From: Phycisphaera mikurensis
GTDB taxonomy: Bacteria; Planctomycetota; Phycisphaerae; UBA1845
DNA: 49,056 nt
Assembly (NCBI GenBank): GCA_005240095.1
Contig: SBAX01000279.1
Coordinates: 1 to 49,056, forward strand
Direction: 5' to 3'
Positions 33,701 through 41,836 of the stretch are shown in pieces. Made by a program: the position numbers and the translations under genes. Under the pieces are notes generated by a model. It worked only from the letters and a program-made list of their open reading frames with translations. It was not told the origin of the DNA and ran no database searches. Each line of letters begins with the position of its first letter. Position 1 is the first letter of the stretch.

Positions 33701-34585
33701 TCTCGGCAGGCGGGCCCGCTGCTGCGGTGTGATGTCCTTGTACATTTGATCCGAGGAAACCAGGGCCACTTTGATTTCACTGTCCGGGTTGCCGATGCTC
33801 GCGAGATAGTTGCGGACATCCTCCTCCCGCGGCGCACCGCCCTGGTCCCCCACTCCGTAATAGTGATAGTCTGCAAAGACGCCGTATTTCTGGCCGTTCT
33901 CATTGACCCGATCGACCCATTGCTTGTTCAAATCGACGCGGCCCTGGATGGCGCCGACATACGGGCCAGGATCAAACGCGGCCAACACGGACTGCCCGTC
34001 GGGGCCTTCCCACACTCCGATCTTGAATGGAATCCCCACCGCCGAACCCCACGTCAGCTTCTGCGTAGAGAATCCCTTCAGTCCACAGTGCGCCCAGATC
34101 GAGGGAAGCGATGCCGGAAACCCAAAGCAGTCGGGGAGCATGAAATCCACGCTCTCCTTGCCGAACTCGCGACGGAAATAGCCATTCCCATAGAGCACAT
34201 GCCGGATGATCGCCTCCGCCGAAGGAACATTTACGTCCCCCTCGTCTACGGACGAGCCCGACACAAACCAGCGCCCCTCGGCAATGTACTGTTTCAACCG
34301 CTCGTAGTGCTGGGGATAATACTCCTTCATCATCTCGTAGCGCACAGAGCCGGTGAAATTGAACACATAGCCGGGAAACTTCTCGAATCGCGCGAAGTTA
34401 TCTTCCAATGTGCTGCGGATGTATTTGTCGATGGTCGTGCAGAAGTCCCATCGCCACTGTGTGTCCAAGTGCGCATACCCCACGCAGTAAAGAACCTTCT
34501 CTTTGGAAAGGTCGTACTTGGGGCCATCGCCCTGCGCTTGCCCGACGCCCACTGCCAGGATCGCCACACACAACGGGAATTCCAT
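30713..34585 (-). CDS. Glycoside hydrolase family 38 alpha-mannosidase with a long C-terminal extension (~1290 aa)
   Basis: GH38 N-terminal catalytic pattern (GYAHLDTQWRW ... FNFTGSVRYEMMKEYYP ... GRWFVSGSSVDEGDVNVPS ... FMLPDCFGF). Signal peptide if ATG 34585 is used (MEFPLCVAILAVGVGQAQG). The C-terminal ~400 aa lie beyond the GH38 core. Confidence 0.85.
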   Translation of the reverse strand: MEFPLCVAILAVGVGQAQGDGPKYDLSKEKVLYCVGYAHLDTQWRWDFCTTIDKYIRSTLEDNFARFEKFPGYVFNFTGSVRYEMMKEYYPQHYERLKQYIAEGRWFVSGSSVDEGDVNVPSAEAIIRHVLYGNGYFRREFGKESVDFMLPDCFGFPASLPSIWAHCGLKGFSTQKLTWGSAVGIPFKIGVWEGPDGQSVLAAFDPGPYVGAIQGRVDLNKQWVDRVNENGQKYGVFADYHYYGVGDQGGAPREEDVRNYLASIGNPDSEIKVALVSSDQMYKDITPQQRARLPRYKGDLLLTEHSAGTLTSQSYMKRWNRKNEILADAAERAAVAAHWLGGAEYPREKLNRSWVRLLANQMHDILPGTSIPRAYTYSWNDEIVASNGFAAVAHNSVGAIARALDTRASGVPLIVYNSLAIAREDVVGATVRFDRPAPQSIQVFDPTGAPVPSQTIDRAGNSVRFLFLAKVPSVSWSVYDVREAQQSDAARPLRITEEQLENEHYRISIDGNGDIRSIVDKGLGGRELLSAPARLVFTREKPQHWPAWNMDWYDRQKPPVDAVAGPAKVRIVERGPVRVALEIERQARNSIIRQTIRLAAGDAGKHIEIANDIDWQSPECALKASFPLTAANTKATYNWAVGTIERGNNEPTKYEVPSHEWFDLTDRSGDFGVSILDDSKYGSDKPSDNEVRLTLLYTPGVRYGYLDQHSQDWGRHDIVYAVYGHEGDWREARSEWQGRRLNQPLRVWQGESHAGALGRAFSLVGVNTDQVDIRAIKLAEHAEGVIVRVQELWGREAKNVEVSFAHPIVEAQETDGQERPVARANVREGKLVLDLSPFAPKTFAVQLAEPPVYLSAPQSRMVPVPYDADVVSNDDRSDDGAFDMSGRTIPAEMLPSTLVSDGITFELGPTSDGQMNAMACRGQEIALPEGNFDYLHILAAADEDLTASLILGNFPHQWSVQSWTGFVGQWDDRIWDRPFGEVDYRCEGNVTGFKPAYIKRDPIAWFCTHRHHPTKGNEAYRFSYLFQYAFPLRGDERRLRFPSEPRIKVLAMTLSHSDNGAVRLAAPLYDDFTGRKPVELRHTYPPPPTPLHEGLAPLAAVVLDRRAAFAELRMGPPSASDDADQSAGNGTEFRYFDRDRELRPHPKAGAVGDVLPRLNDGQSAENHDDTQRTSWWDNEGRFYIDLKQAMPIARVNTYSWHRAERARQFFSLWGANSDALPDPGFGHGQHGQWTLLAVVDTRELGRGCVHGSSIEPSAGQTSIGSFRYLLWVTPGGTGTFFTEVDIYAAN

Positions 34586-34610
34586 CTTCTTACCTTTCCA
34601 TCTGCAGCCT

Positions 34611-35603
34611 TTACTGCGGTTCCAGCCGCCGCAGGGCCGCATCCAGCAGGCTGGCCGCCAGGATGACCAGGCCCAGCACGACCTTCTGCCAGAAGTGCTC
34701 CACCTCCATCAGGTTGAGGCTGTTGTTCAGCACTCCGATGATGATGGCCCCAATCAGCGTGCCCGTTACGGTGCCGCGTCCGCCGAACAGGCTCGTTCCT
34801 CCAACCACCACCGCCGCGATGACGTTGAGCTCCCACATTTCGCCGACTTTGGGATCGCCGGCCATCAGCTTCGCGTCGTGCAGCACGCCCGCCAGCCCGC
34901 AGAGCAGCCCCGTGAGCACGTAGACGGCCATCTTGGTGGCGCGCACGGGAATGCCGGACAGATACGCCGCCTGCTCATTGCTTCCCACCGCGACCACCCG
35001 CCGCCCGAACACCGTGCGGCGAAAAACGACCAGTAAAACGGCATAGCTTGCAAGCATGATAAGGACCGGCGCGGGCAACCGTTGGCCCAACACCGGTTCC
35101 AGGACAAACCCGCGTCCCCACCACATCAGCTCGCCGGGAAGCTCATGCACCGGTTGCCCATCGCACAGAATAAACGCCGCCCCCCGCGCCACCAGCATCG
35201 TCGCCAGCGTGGCAATGAAAGGGGGGATCGCGAATCGGGCGATGATCGCCCCGGCGGCCGCGCCCGTGCTCGTGCCCACGATCAGGGCGGTGGCAAAGCC
35301 CACCGCCACCCGCACCGCGGGATCGGCTTCGGCCAGCGACTGCATGGCCAAGGCGGCGGCCACGCCGGTAAGCGCCACGAGGGACCCCACGGAAAGATCG
35401 ATTCCCCCCGTGACGATGACGAAAGTCATGCCGAAGGCGATCAGGCCCTCGAAGGAGATCTGCCGCATGACGTTGACGAGGTTTTCGATCCGCAGGAAGC
35501 GCCCGTCGGTCAGGACGCTCGATGTGATCAGCAGCGCCCCCAGGATGACGGGCATCCTCCCTGCCACCAGCCACGCAACGACCACCGAGCGGACGCGCGT
35601 CAT
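34611..35603 (-). CDS. Monosaccharide (CUT2, ribose-type) ABC transporter permease
   Basis: RbsC-like multi-TM pattern (VTGGIDLSVGS ... GGRGTVTGTLIGA). The ATG at 35603 overlaps the ATPase stop as ATGA. Confidence 0.85.
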   Translation of the reverse strand: MTRVRSVVVAWLVAGRMPVILGALLITSSVLTDGRFLRIENLVNVMRQISFEGLIAFGMTFVIVTGGIDLSVGSLVALTGVAAALAMQSLAEADPAVRVAVGFATALIVGTSTGAAAGAIIARFAIPPFIATLATMLVARGAAFILCDGQPVHELPGELMWWGRGFVLEPVLGQRLPAPVLIMLASYAVLLVVFRRTVFGRRVVAVGSNEQAAYLSGIPVRATKMAVYVLTGLLCGLAGVLHDAKLMAGDPKVGEMWELNVIAAVVVGGTSLFGGRGTVTGTLIGAIIIGVLNNSLNLMEVEHFWQKVVLGLVILAASLLDAALRRLEPQ

Positions 35604-37129
35604 AGGCTCGCGCCTCCGCCCTCTCCCACCGCCAGGCGCAACAGCCCCTCCTGGGAGACATCGTGCCCCCTGTTGTCCAATACTCCGGCCAATCGCCCGT
35701 GGCACATCACCCCGATGCGGTCGGCCATGCCGATGGCCTCGGGCAGTTCCGAGGTGATCATCAGCACGGCCGCCCCGCCCTTGGCCATGGCATTGATCAG
35801 GCCGTAGATCTCAACCTTCGCACCGACATCCACTCCGCGTGTGGGCTCGTCCAGCACGATGACACGATAAGCCCGCTGGAGCCAGCGGGCGATCATCACC
35901 TTCTGTTGGTTGCCTCCACTCAACGTCCCGACCGGCACGCGTTCCGTAGGAGCCTTGATCCGCAGCTCGGCTATGCGCCGGCGACTGATGCGTCGCTCCT
36001 CGCCGATTCGCAGGAAGCCCCGTGACGACACATCCGGCAGATGAGCAAGGGTCACGTTCTCGTACATCGGCCGTCCCAGGAGCAGCCCTTGCTGCTTGCG
36101 ATCTTCCGGAAGGTAGGCCACGCCGGCCCGCTGTGCTCGTCGTGGCGAGGTGAGCCGGGCAGGCGATCCGCCCACGAGGAGTCGTCCCGAGGTGACCGGT
36201 ACGGCGCCAAACAGGGCTTTGCCCACCGACGATCGTCCCGAGCCCACCAGGCCGGTTATGGCGAATACCTCTCCGCTGCGAACGTCGAACGATACGTCGT
36301 GGAAGCGTCGTCCGCTGCAAAGCCCCTCGACACGAAGCGCGATGCCGCCGGGGGCAAAGTCACGGCGCGGGAACTCCTCGGTGATCGGACGCCCCACCAT
36401 GTCCTGAATGAGCGTCTCGCGGCCGGTCCGGGGCAAGGGCCGCGTGGAAATGTGCCGCCCGTCGCGCAGCACCGTAACCGTGTCACCCAGAGAGAAAACC
36501 TCGTCCAGGCGATGCGAAATGTACAGCACGCTTACGCCTTGCCGTGCGAGCTTACGCACAGTCTCAAAAAGGGCGCTGAGCTCATTAGGGGTCAGCACGG
36601 CTGAGGGCTCGTCGAGCACCAGCACCCGCGCCTGCAGCGACAGGGCCCGGGCGATCTCCACCATCTGCTGCTGGGCCACGACCAGATCGCGCACTTTACG
36701 ACGCACGTTGATCTCGATGCCCAGGGATTGAAAGAGCGCTTGGCTCCGCGTCCTCAGCTTTCCGAAAGAGATAAGCCCCAGGGGCCCGCGTGGCCAGCGG
36801 TCCAGAAACACGTTCTCGGCGACGCTCAGATCGCCCGCCAGGTTGAACTCCTGATGCACGACGGCGATGCCCAGCGACTGCGAGTGTCGGGCGTTGCGGA
36901 TCTGTACCTCTTCGCCGTCCAGGCAAATGGTGCCCGAGTCGGCTCCCGTCGCTCCGGCAAGGACTTTCATCAACGTGCTCTTGCCGGCGCCGTTCTCGCC
37001 GACAATGGCATGAACGCTTCCTGGCGCCACGGCGAAGCTCACGTTGTCCAAGGCCTGCACACCGGGATAGCGCTTAGACACGCCCCGGAACTCGATGCGC
37101 GGCGAATCCACCACCGTCGAGCCCATCAC
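35600..37129 (-). CDS. Monosaccharide ABC transporter ATP-binding protein (duplicated ABC, RbsA-like)
   Basis: Two ABC cassettes (GENGAGKST ... LSVAENV ... LVLDEPS and GLVGSGRS ... LSGGNQQK ... IVLDEPTRG). Confidence 0.9.
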   Translation of the reverse strand: MMGSTVVDSPRIEFRGVSKRYPGVQALDNVSFAVAPGSVHAIVGENGAGKSTLMKVLAGATGADSGTICLDGEEVQIRNARHSQSLGIAVVHQEFNLAGDLSVAENVFLDRWPRGPLGLISFGKLRTRSQALFQSLGIEINVRRKVRDLVVAQQQMVEIARALSLQARVLVLDEPSAVLTPNELSALFETVRKLARQGVSVLYISHRLDEVFSLGDTVTVLRDGRHISTRPLPRTGRETLIQDMVGRPITEEFPRRDFAPGGIALRVEGLCSGRRFHDVSFDVRSGEVFAITGLVGSGRSSVGKALFGAVPVTSGRLLVGGSPARLTSPRRAQRAGVAYLPEDRKQQGLLLGRPMYENVTLAHLPDVSSRGFLRIGEERRISRRRIAELRIKAPTERVPVGTLSGGNQQKVMIARWLQRAYRVIVLDEPTRGVDVGAKVEIYGLINAMAKGGAAVLMITSELPEAIGMADRIGVMCHGRLAGVLDNRGHDVSQEGLLRLAVGEGGGASL

Positions 37130-38094
37130 GGGTTTCGCTGGTCGCCGGTGAAGACACCGACCTCGACAGGAATCACGGCCGGCGGCGTGCGCCCTGCGAA
37201 AAAGTCGGCGATGGCGCGGATGGTCAGTTCTCCGATGCGGCGGGGGTTCTGGATGACATCGCCATAGATGACGCGTTTGGCGATCTTCTCGCGGGCCTCC
37301 GGCGTGGCATCGTAGCCCACGATTTGAATTCGCCCCGCCTTCCCCGCCGACTCGATGGCCGCCAGCGCCCCCAGGGCGGTGTCGTCGTTGATCGCAAACG
37401 CGCCCGCAAGGTCGGGATGCGCTTGCAGCAGGTCCTCCATAACTTTCACGGCCTTGTCTCGCTTGCCTTCCGCGGACAGCTCGGCCGCGACGCGAATCTC
37501 AGGGTAGCTGGCGATCTGCTCCTTGAAGCCTTTGACGCGATCGCTCACGCTGGCAACCTCGGGATGCGACAGAATGGCCACGCTTCCTCTTCCGCCCACC
37601 GCCGCAGCAAGAAGCTTGGCTGCCTCCTTGCCGCCCGCGACGTTGTCGGAGGCGATGTGACTGACCACTTTGCCTAGGGAAGAGTTGTTGGCGATGTCCG
37701 CAGTGAAGACGGGAATGCCCGCTTGGTTGGCGGCCACGATGCTCGCCCCCACGCTCCGCGAATCGCACGGGCAGACCACGATTGCGGCCACCTTCCGCAC
37801 GATGAACTCGTCGACCTGATTCGCCTGCCGGGTAGGGTCGAACTCCGCGGACACTATGACCAGCCGCAGCCCGGCCTCCTTGGCCGCATCCTCGAGCCCC
37901 CGGCGCAGTTCCTGGTAGAACTGATGCTGCATGGTGAGCAGCGACACACCGACGGACTGCCGATCTTCCACCTCCGGCGCCGCCGGGGCGCCCTCCTGTT
38001 CGCTCTTGCCGCAGGCCGCAAGGAAGACGCATAGCCCAGCGGACCAGGCGGCCACCAGCGACAGATAACGACGATGCTTGCTCGAGAAGGCCAT
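37126..38094 (-). CDS. Periplasmic sugar-binding lipoprotein (RbsB-like, type I PBP)
   Basis: Lipobox FLAACG. PBP type I pattern (VGVSLLTMQHQFYQEL ... IPVFTADI ... IVGYDATPEA). Confidence 0.85.
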   Translation of the reverse strand: MAFSSKHRRYLSLVAAWSAGLCVFLAACGKSEQEGAPAAPEVEDRQSVGVSLLTMQHQFYQELRRGLEDAAKEAGLRLVIVSAEFDPTRQANQVDEFIVRKVAAIVVCPCDSRSVGASIVAANQAGIPVFTADIANNSSLGKVVSHIASDNVAGGKEAAKLLAAAVGGRGSVAILSHPEVASVSDRVKGFKEQIASYPEIRVAAELSAEGKRDKAVKVMEDLLQAHPDLAGAFAINDDTALGALAAIESAGKAGRIQIVGYDATPEAREKIAKRVIYGDVIQNPRRIGELTIRAIADFFAGRTPPAVIPVEVGVFTGDQRNP

Positions 38095-38933
38095 GACCTT
38101 TGGTCCTCGCGCGCTATCAGGATTGTCATTCGCCGAATGCGCAGAAGGACATCCTAGCGGCGGTCGGGCCGCCTGACCAAGGTCCTTCTGATCGGGGCCG
38201 GGATGCCCGGCGCAGACCCTTCTGTTAACTGAACGTTCCTAGCAGCCCATCCGAGCCGGGCTGTCCTCAGCCCGGTCCAACTGGCTGGGGCGGCTCGGAA
38301 TAACCTAGCCAGGAGAGAATTGCCCACGCAGAAGTGGAGCCGTCAGGCTTTTCTTGCCTATCGACGGCCCATGGACGGTGACAAGATTGTGGACAGTCCG
38401 GAATCAGGCGGGATTCAGCTTGTTAGCGCGGGCGCCCGTGATGGCCGGCCCGGTCGGGAAAGGCCGGCCATCCACGGACACCGCGACGTTCTACGCGCTC
38501 GTTCATCGATACCCTTGCCACAAGTTTCGTTTTCATCGCGCAAGGCCGCCACGGCGAACCGACGACGACGCGTTTGCGTCCCCCCAGGAAGGGCTTCCCT
38601 CCACGAAGCCCGAGTTCTTTCTCTCCACTTCCGGATGTTGGAATACACGAATCGACGGGAAGCGGCGCGCCGCGCTCTCGCCCTTCAACACCGCATTCAT
38701 CACGCGCCGCCTCATCACCCACTTCGTTGCACGTCCGCCTCTGAGGCCGACGTGATCGACTGCCCTAAGGATAGCCGAAGTCTCCTCGATTGTGACACTA
38801 AATTCGCGTTCATGTGGTGTTGCGGACAGCGCAGTCGGCTGAATTCTTGTTAATCCTTCTGCGTAGACCCTTGCTTCTGTCGGTGGGGCCCATTGGGGAA
38901 CGCCGCACCGCTCCGGAGCGCCACTGGGTGAGA

Positions 38934-39284
38934 CTACTCGTTTTGCTGTCCGCCTTGCTGCGGAGCCTTGGGCTGCGGCTGCCGACCGCCTTGCGATTCA
39001 GGACGCTCCTCGCTGCCCCGGACACCGGCGAACTGGCCGAACTGATCACGTTGCTGTTTTCTGGCTGAGCGCTCCCCGCCTCGGGCCCGATCTTCGTCGC
39101 TCAGGTTACTGCCCCGGCCGGAGCGCCGCGGCGTCTGACTCTCCTGACCGATAACGCCTGGGTTCTTCTCGGCCCCCTGTTCCGGCTCCTCCTGCTCCGG
39201 AAGTTGCGCCGGGCGCTCGCCGCTACGAGGTCGTGGTTGCTCGGTTCCTCGGCTTTGGGGTTCGTTTTCCCGTCTGGCTGCCAT
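38934..39284 (-). CDS. Highly hydrophilic, low-complexity small protein (YciG/KGG-repeat-like stress protein)
   Basis: AGGAG lies 6 nt upstream of the ATG. Two repeats resemble stress-induced KGG motifs (GRGSNLSDEDRARGGERS and GVRGSEERPESQGGRQ). No hydrophobic core. Confidence 0.5.
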   Translation of the reverse strand: MAARRENEPQSRGTEQPRPRSGERPAQLPEQEEPEQGAEKNPGVIGQESQTPRRSGRGSNLSDEDRARGGERSARKQQRDQFGQFAGVRGSEERPESQGGRQPQPKAPQQGGQQNE

Positions 39285-39584
39285 GTGGATCTCCTATTCT
39301 TCCGCAAGCAAGAGTGGTTCCCCGAGTCGCGCAGGCGACCCTGCTTCAGTTACCCAATCTTCGCCGTGTTCTCTGAATGTGAACTGAATTGAAGATAATC
39401 GACGCGAAAGCCGCCTCACTCACGCGAAAAACCGCACTCTGGAGCCCCCTAGGGCAGTCATGTACACCGGGTGTAGCAATGACTCGACATGAGCGCGACA
39501 TGCTGCAATCGTTGGTCGATGGCGGGCCGCTAGCGGTGAACCCGCCGCCGGAGGGTCCCGCTGACGTGTCGCCCTCTGGCACAA

Positions 39585-39621
39585 TCCCTCTCTCTTCAAG
39601 GGAGAGCCGGGGAGGGGTTGG
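39585..39621 (+). repeat. Poly-C/poly-G hairpin repeat, copy d (intergenic)
   Basis: TCCCTCTCTC-TTCAA-GGGAGAG-CCGGGGAGGGGTTGG. Confidence 0.65.
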
Positions 39622-39687
39622 ACGGCCGGATTCATGGTCGTCGCAGGCACCGACGCGCCGATGGAAGTTTGATTGGCCTTTGTGAAC

Positions 39688-41115
39688 ATGGAGCCACCAG
39701 GCATGCATTCATCGAAGCGGTCGATCGTACCACCAGTGTCCTTCCAAGACCGGGCGGCGACGAAGCCCGGTCGCTCGCCGGAAGTAGGCCCCCGAATCGT
39801 GGGCTCAGTTGCTGCGGCGATGATCCTCGCTCTCGCCGCGCCTTGGGGATGCTTTCGGCGCCAACCCTTGCCGGAAGGCGCCGTCGTCGCACTGCGGCGC
39901 GTCGCCGACGGCTTCACCTCTCCCGTTGCTCTCGCCATTCCAGACGACGGTACGCAACGAATCTTCGTGGTCGACCAGGTGGGTGTGATCCACATCATCG
40001 GTTCGGACGGCGAGATTCTCCCCGATCCCTTCCTGGATGTGCGCGATCGGATGGTCGATCTTTCTGCGGTCTATGACGAACGCGGCCTTCTGGGCCTCGC
40101 CTTTCATCCTCAGTACGCAGACAACGGCCGCCTCTTCGTGGTGTACAACGCCCCCCTCAGCGAGGACGCACCCGAGGGTTTCGACAACGAATGGCGCCTG
40201 TCGGAGTTCACCGTTTCGGCCGATTCCGCCGATGCAGCCGATCCTGACAGCGAACGCGTGCTGCTCCGCGTGGACAAACCGCAGTTCAATCACAACGGCG
40301 GCCAGCTCGCCTTCGGGCCGGATGGGTTGCTTTATGTTTCGATCGGCGACGGTGGAGGAGCCAACGATGAGGGGCTCGGGCATACCCCCGAAACCGGCAA
40401 TGCCCAGGACCGCAGCAATCTCCTGGGCAAGATCCTCCGCATTGACGTCGATGCAGAAGGCGAAAACGGCTACGCGATTCCGGCCAACAACCCGTTCGTC
40501 GACGAGGAAAACGCCCGCCCGGAAATCTGGGCCTTCGGCCTGCGCAACGCCTGGCGATTCTCCTTTGATCTCGGCAGCGATCATCGCCTCTTCGCCGCCG
40601 ACGCCGGACAGGACCTGTTTGAGGAAGTGGACATCATCGTCAAGGGCGGTAACTACGGATGGCGGATCCGCGAAGGCTTCTCCTGCTTCAACGTAGACGT
40701 CCCCTCCAGCCCCCTCGACGAGTGTCCCGACGAAGGCGTCGGCGGTGAGCCGCTGATCGATCCCATTATCGAGCTGGCCCACCGGAACTCGGCCGGGCTC
40801 CCCGTCGGCACGGCCGCCATCGGCGGATACGTCTATCGCGGAACGGCCCTGCCGGAGCTCGAAGGCAGCTACATCTTCGGCGACTTCTCCACCGCCAACC
40901 TCCTGCCCGATGGGCAACTCTACGTCGCTCAGGAGGAAACCGACGGCTCCTGGACGACGCTTCGCCTGCAGATCGCGGGGACAACGAACAACGCTCTGGG
41001 AAGATACGTGCTGGCCTTCGGACAGGACGAAGAAGGCGAAGTCTACGTGCTCACCACCCGCAACGTGGGGCCCCGCGGCGTCACCGGCGAGGTCTATCGA
41101 CTGGAAGCACCCTGA
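39688..41115 (+). CDS. PQQ-dependent soluble sugar (glucose/sorbosone) dehydrogenase, beta-propeller
   Basis: GLLGLAFHPQY..., FNHNGGQLAFGPDGLLYVSIGDGG, GKILRIDV, WAFGLRNAWRFSFD. Signal anchor at the N-terminus. Start uncertain (TTG 39673, ATG 39688 or ATG 39703). Confidence 0.8.
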   Translation: MEPPGMHSSKRSIVPPVSFQDRAATKPGRSPEVGPRIVGSVAAAMILALAAPWGCFRRQPLPEGAVVALRRVADGFTSPVALAIPDDGTQRIFVVDQVGVIHIIGSDGEILPDPFLDVRDRMVDLSAVYDERGLLGLAFHPQYADNGRLFVVYNAPLSEDAPEGFDNEWRLSEFTVSADSADAADPDSERVLLRVDKPQFNHNGGQLAFGPDGLLYVSIGDGGGANDEGLGHTPETGNAQDRSNLLGKILRIDVDAEGENGYAIPANNPFVDEENARPEIWAFGLRNAWRFSFDLGSDHRLFAADAGQDLFEEVDIIVKGGNYGWRIREGFSCFNVDVPSSPLDECPDEGVGGEPLIDPIIELAHRNSAGLPVGTAAIGGYVYRGTALPELEGSYIFGDFSTANLLPDGQLYVAQEETDGSWTTLRLQIAGTTNNALGRYVLAFGQDEEGEVYVLTTRNVGPRGVTGEVYRLEAP

Positions 41116-41372
41116 AGTAGACGGCGAGCGGAACGGTGCAGGTGTTCTCCTACCACCTTGAGATCGGCGACAAACTCCGCGTACACCGCCGCCCGGTCAC
41201 CTTCATCCGCACGCAGGACGGCCGTGGGATGAACCGTCGCTCGGACGAACGGCGCGATCCCTCTCTCGGGCATCAAGTGCCCGCGTTCCTTGGTCACCCG
41301 GAAACTCGGCCCCAGCAGGGCCTGCGCCACCGTCGCTCCCAGACACCTCCGCCTCGGGTGCCACGGACAAGC
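41094..41372 (-). pseudogene. Family-4 uracil-DNA glycosylase relic (C-terminal ~90 codons only)
   Basis: Reads ...ACPWHPRRRRCLGATVAQALLGPSFRVTKERG...RATVHPTAVLR..., which keeps motif B (HPS/T..LR). The N-terminal half with the GE.PG catalytic motif is absent: an in-frame TGA lies at 41373-41375 and only ~130 nt remain before the divergent PCD gene. Confidence 0.6.
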
Positions 41373-41503
41373 TCAGCTTGTCCGTGTTTCCCAGCAGATC
41401 ACAGGCCCACAAGACTCGACGCCGCCCAGCGCCGGCGATATAACCAGTTAGCGATCACAATGGCTCCGTGTCTTCCAACCGAGTCACCGAAGGAGGCCAA
41501 CCA

Positions 41504-41830
41504 ATGTCTCAACTCGCCACGAAAGAGTGCGTGCCCTGCAAAGGCGGCGTTCCTCCACTGGACAGCCGCGCCCAGGCGGACCTGCTCAAACAACTCAGCG
41601 GCTGGGCCGTCGAGCGGGGTCACCACCTGAGCAAGACATATACCTTTGCCGACTTCGCCCAGGCCCTCGCCTTCGTGAACCGCGTGGGCGCCATGGCTGA
41701 AAAGCAGGGCCACCACCCGGACATCTACCTGACCTGGGGCAAGGCCCGCGTGGAAATCTGGACCCACAAGATCGACGGCCTCACTGAAAGCGATTTCATC
41801 TTCGCCGCCAAGACGGACGAATGTCTGTAG
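41504..41830 (+). CDS. Pterin-4-alpha-carbinolamine dehydratase (PCD/DCoH)
   Basis: ATG at 41504 preceded by GAAGGAGG. Motif EKQGHHPDIYLTWGKARVEIWTHKIDGLTESDF. Confidence 0.85.
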   Translation: MSQLATKECVPCKGGVPPLDSRAQADLLKQLSGWAVERGHHLSKTYTFADFAQALAFVNRVGAMAEKQGHHPDIYLTWGKARVEIWTHKIDGLTESDFIFAAKTDECL

Positions 41831-41836
41831 CGGCGA

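Noticed and set aside
38415-38800. Possible decayed HTH/transposase gene on the minus strand (…RRRVMNAVLKGESAARRF…)
   Set aside because: The similarity is only a vague pattern over ~25 residues. The frame is broken several times, and no inverted repeats or target duplications are visible. It is kept only as a remark within the non-coding-gap finding.
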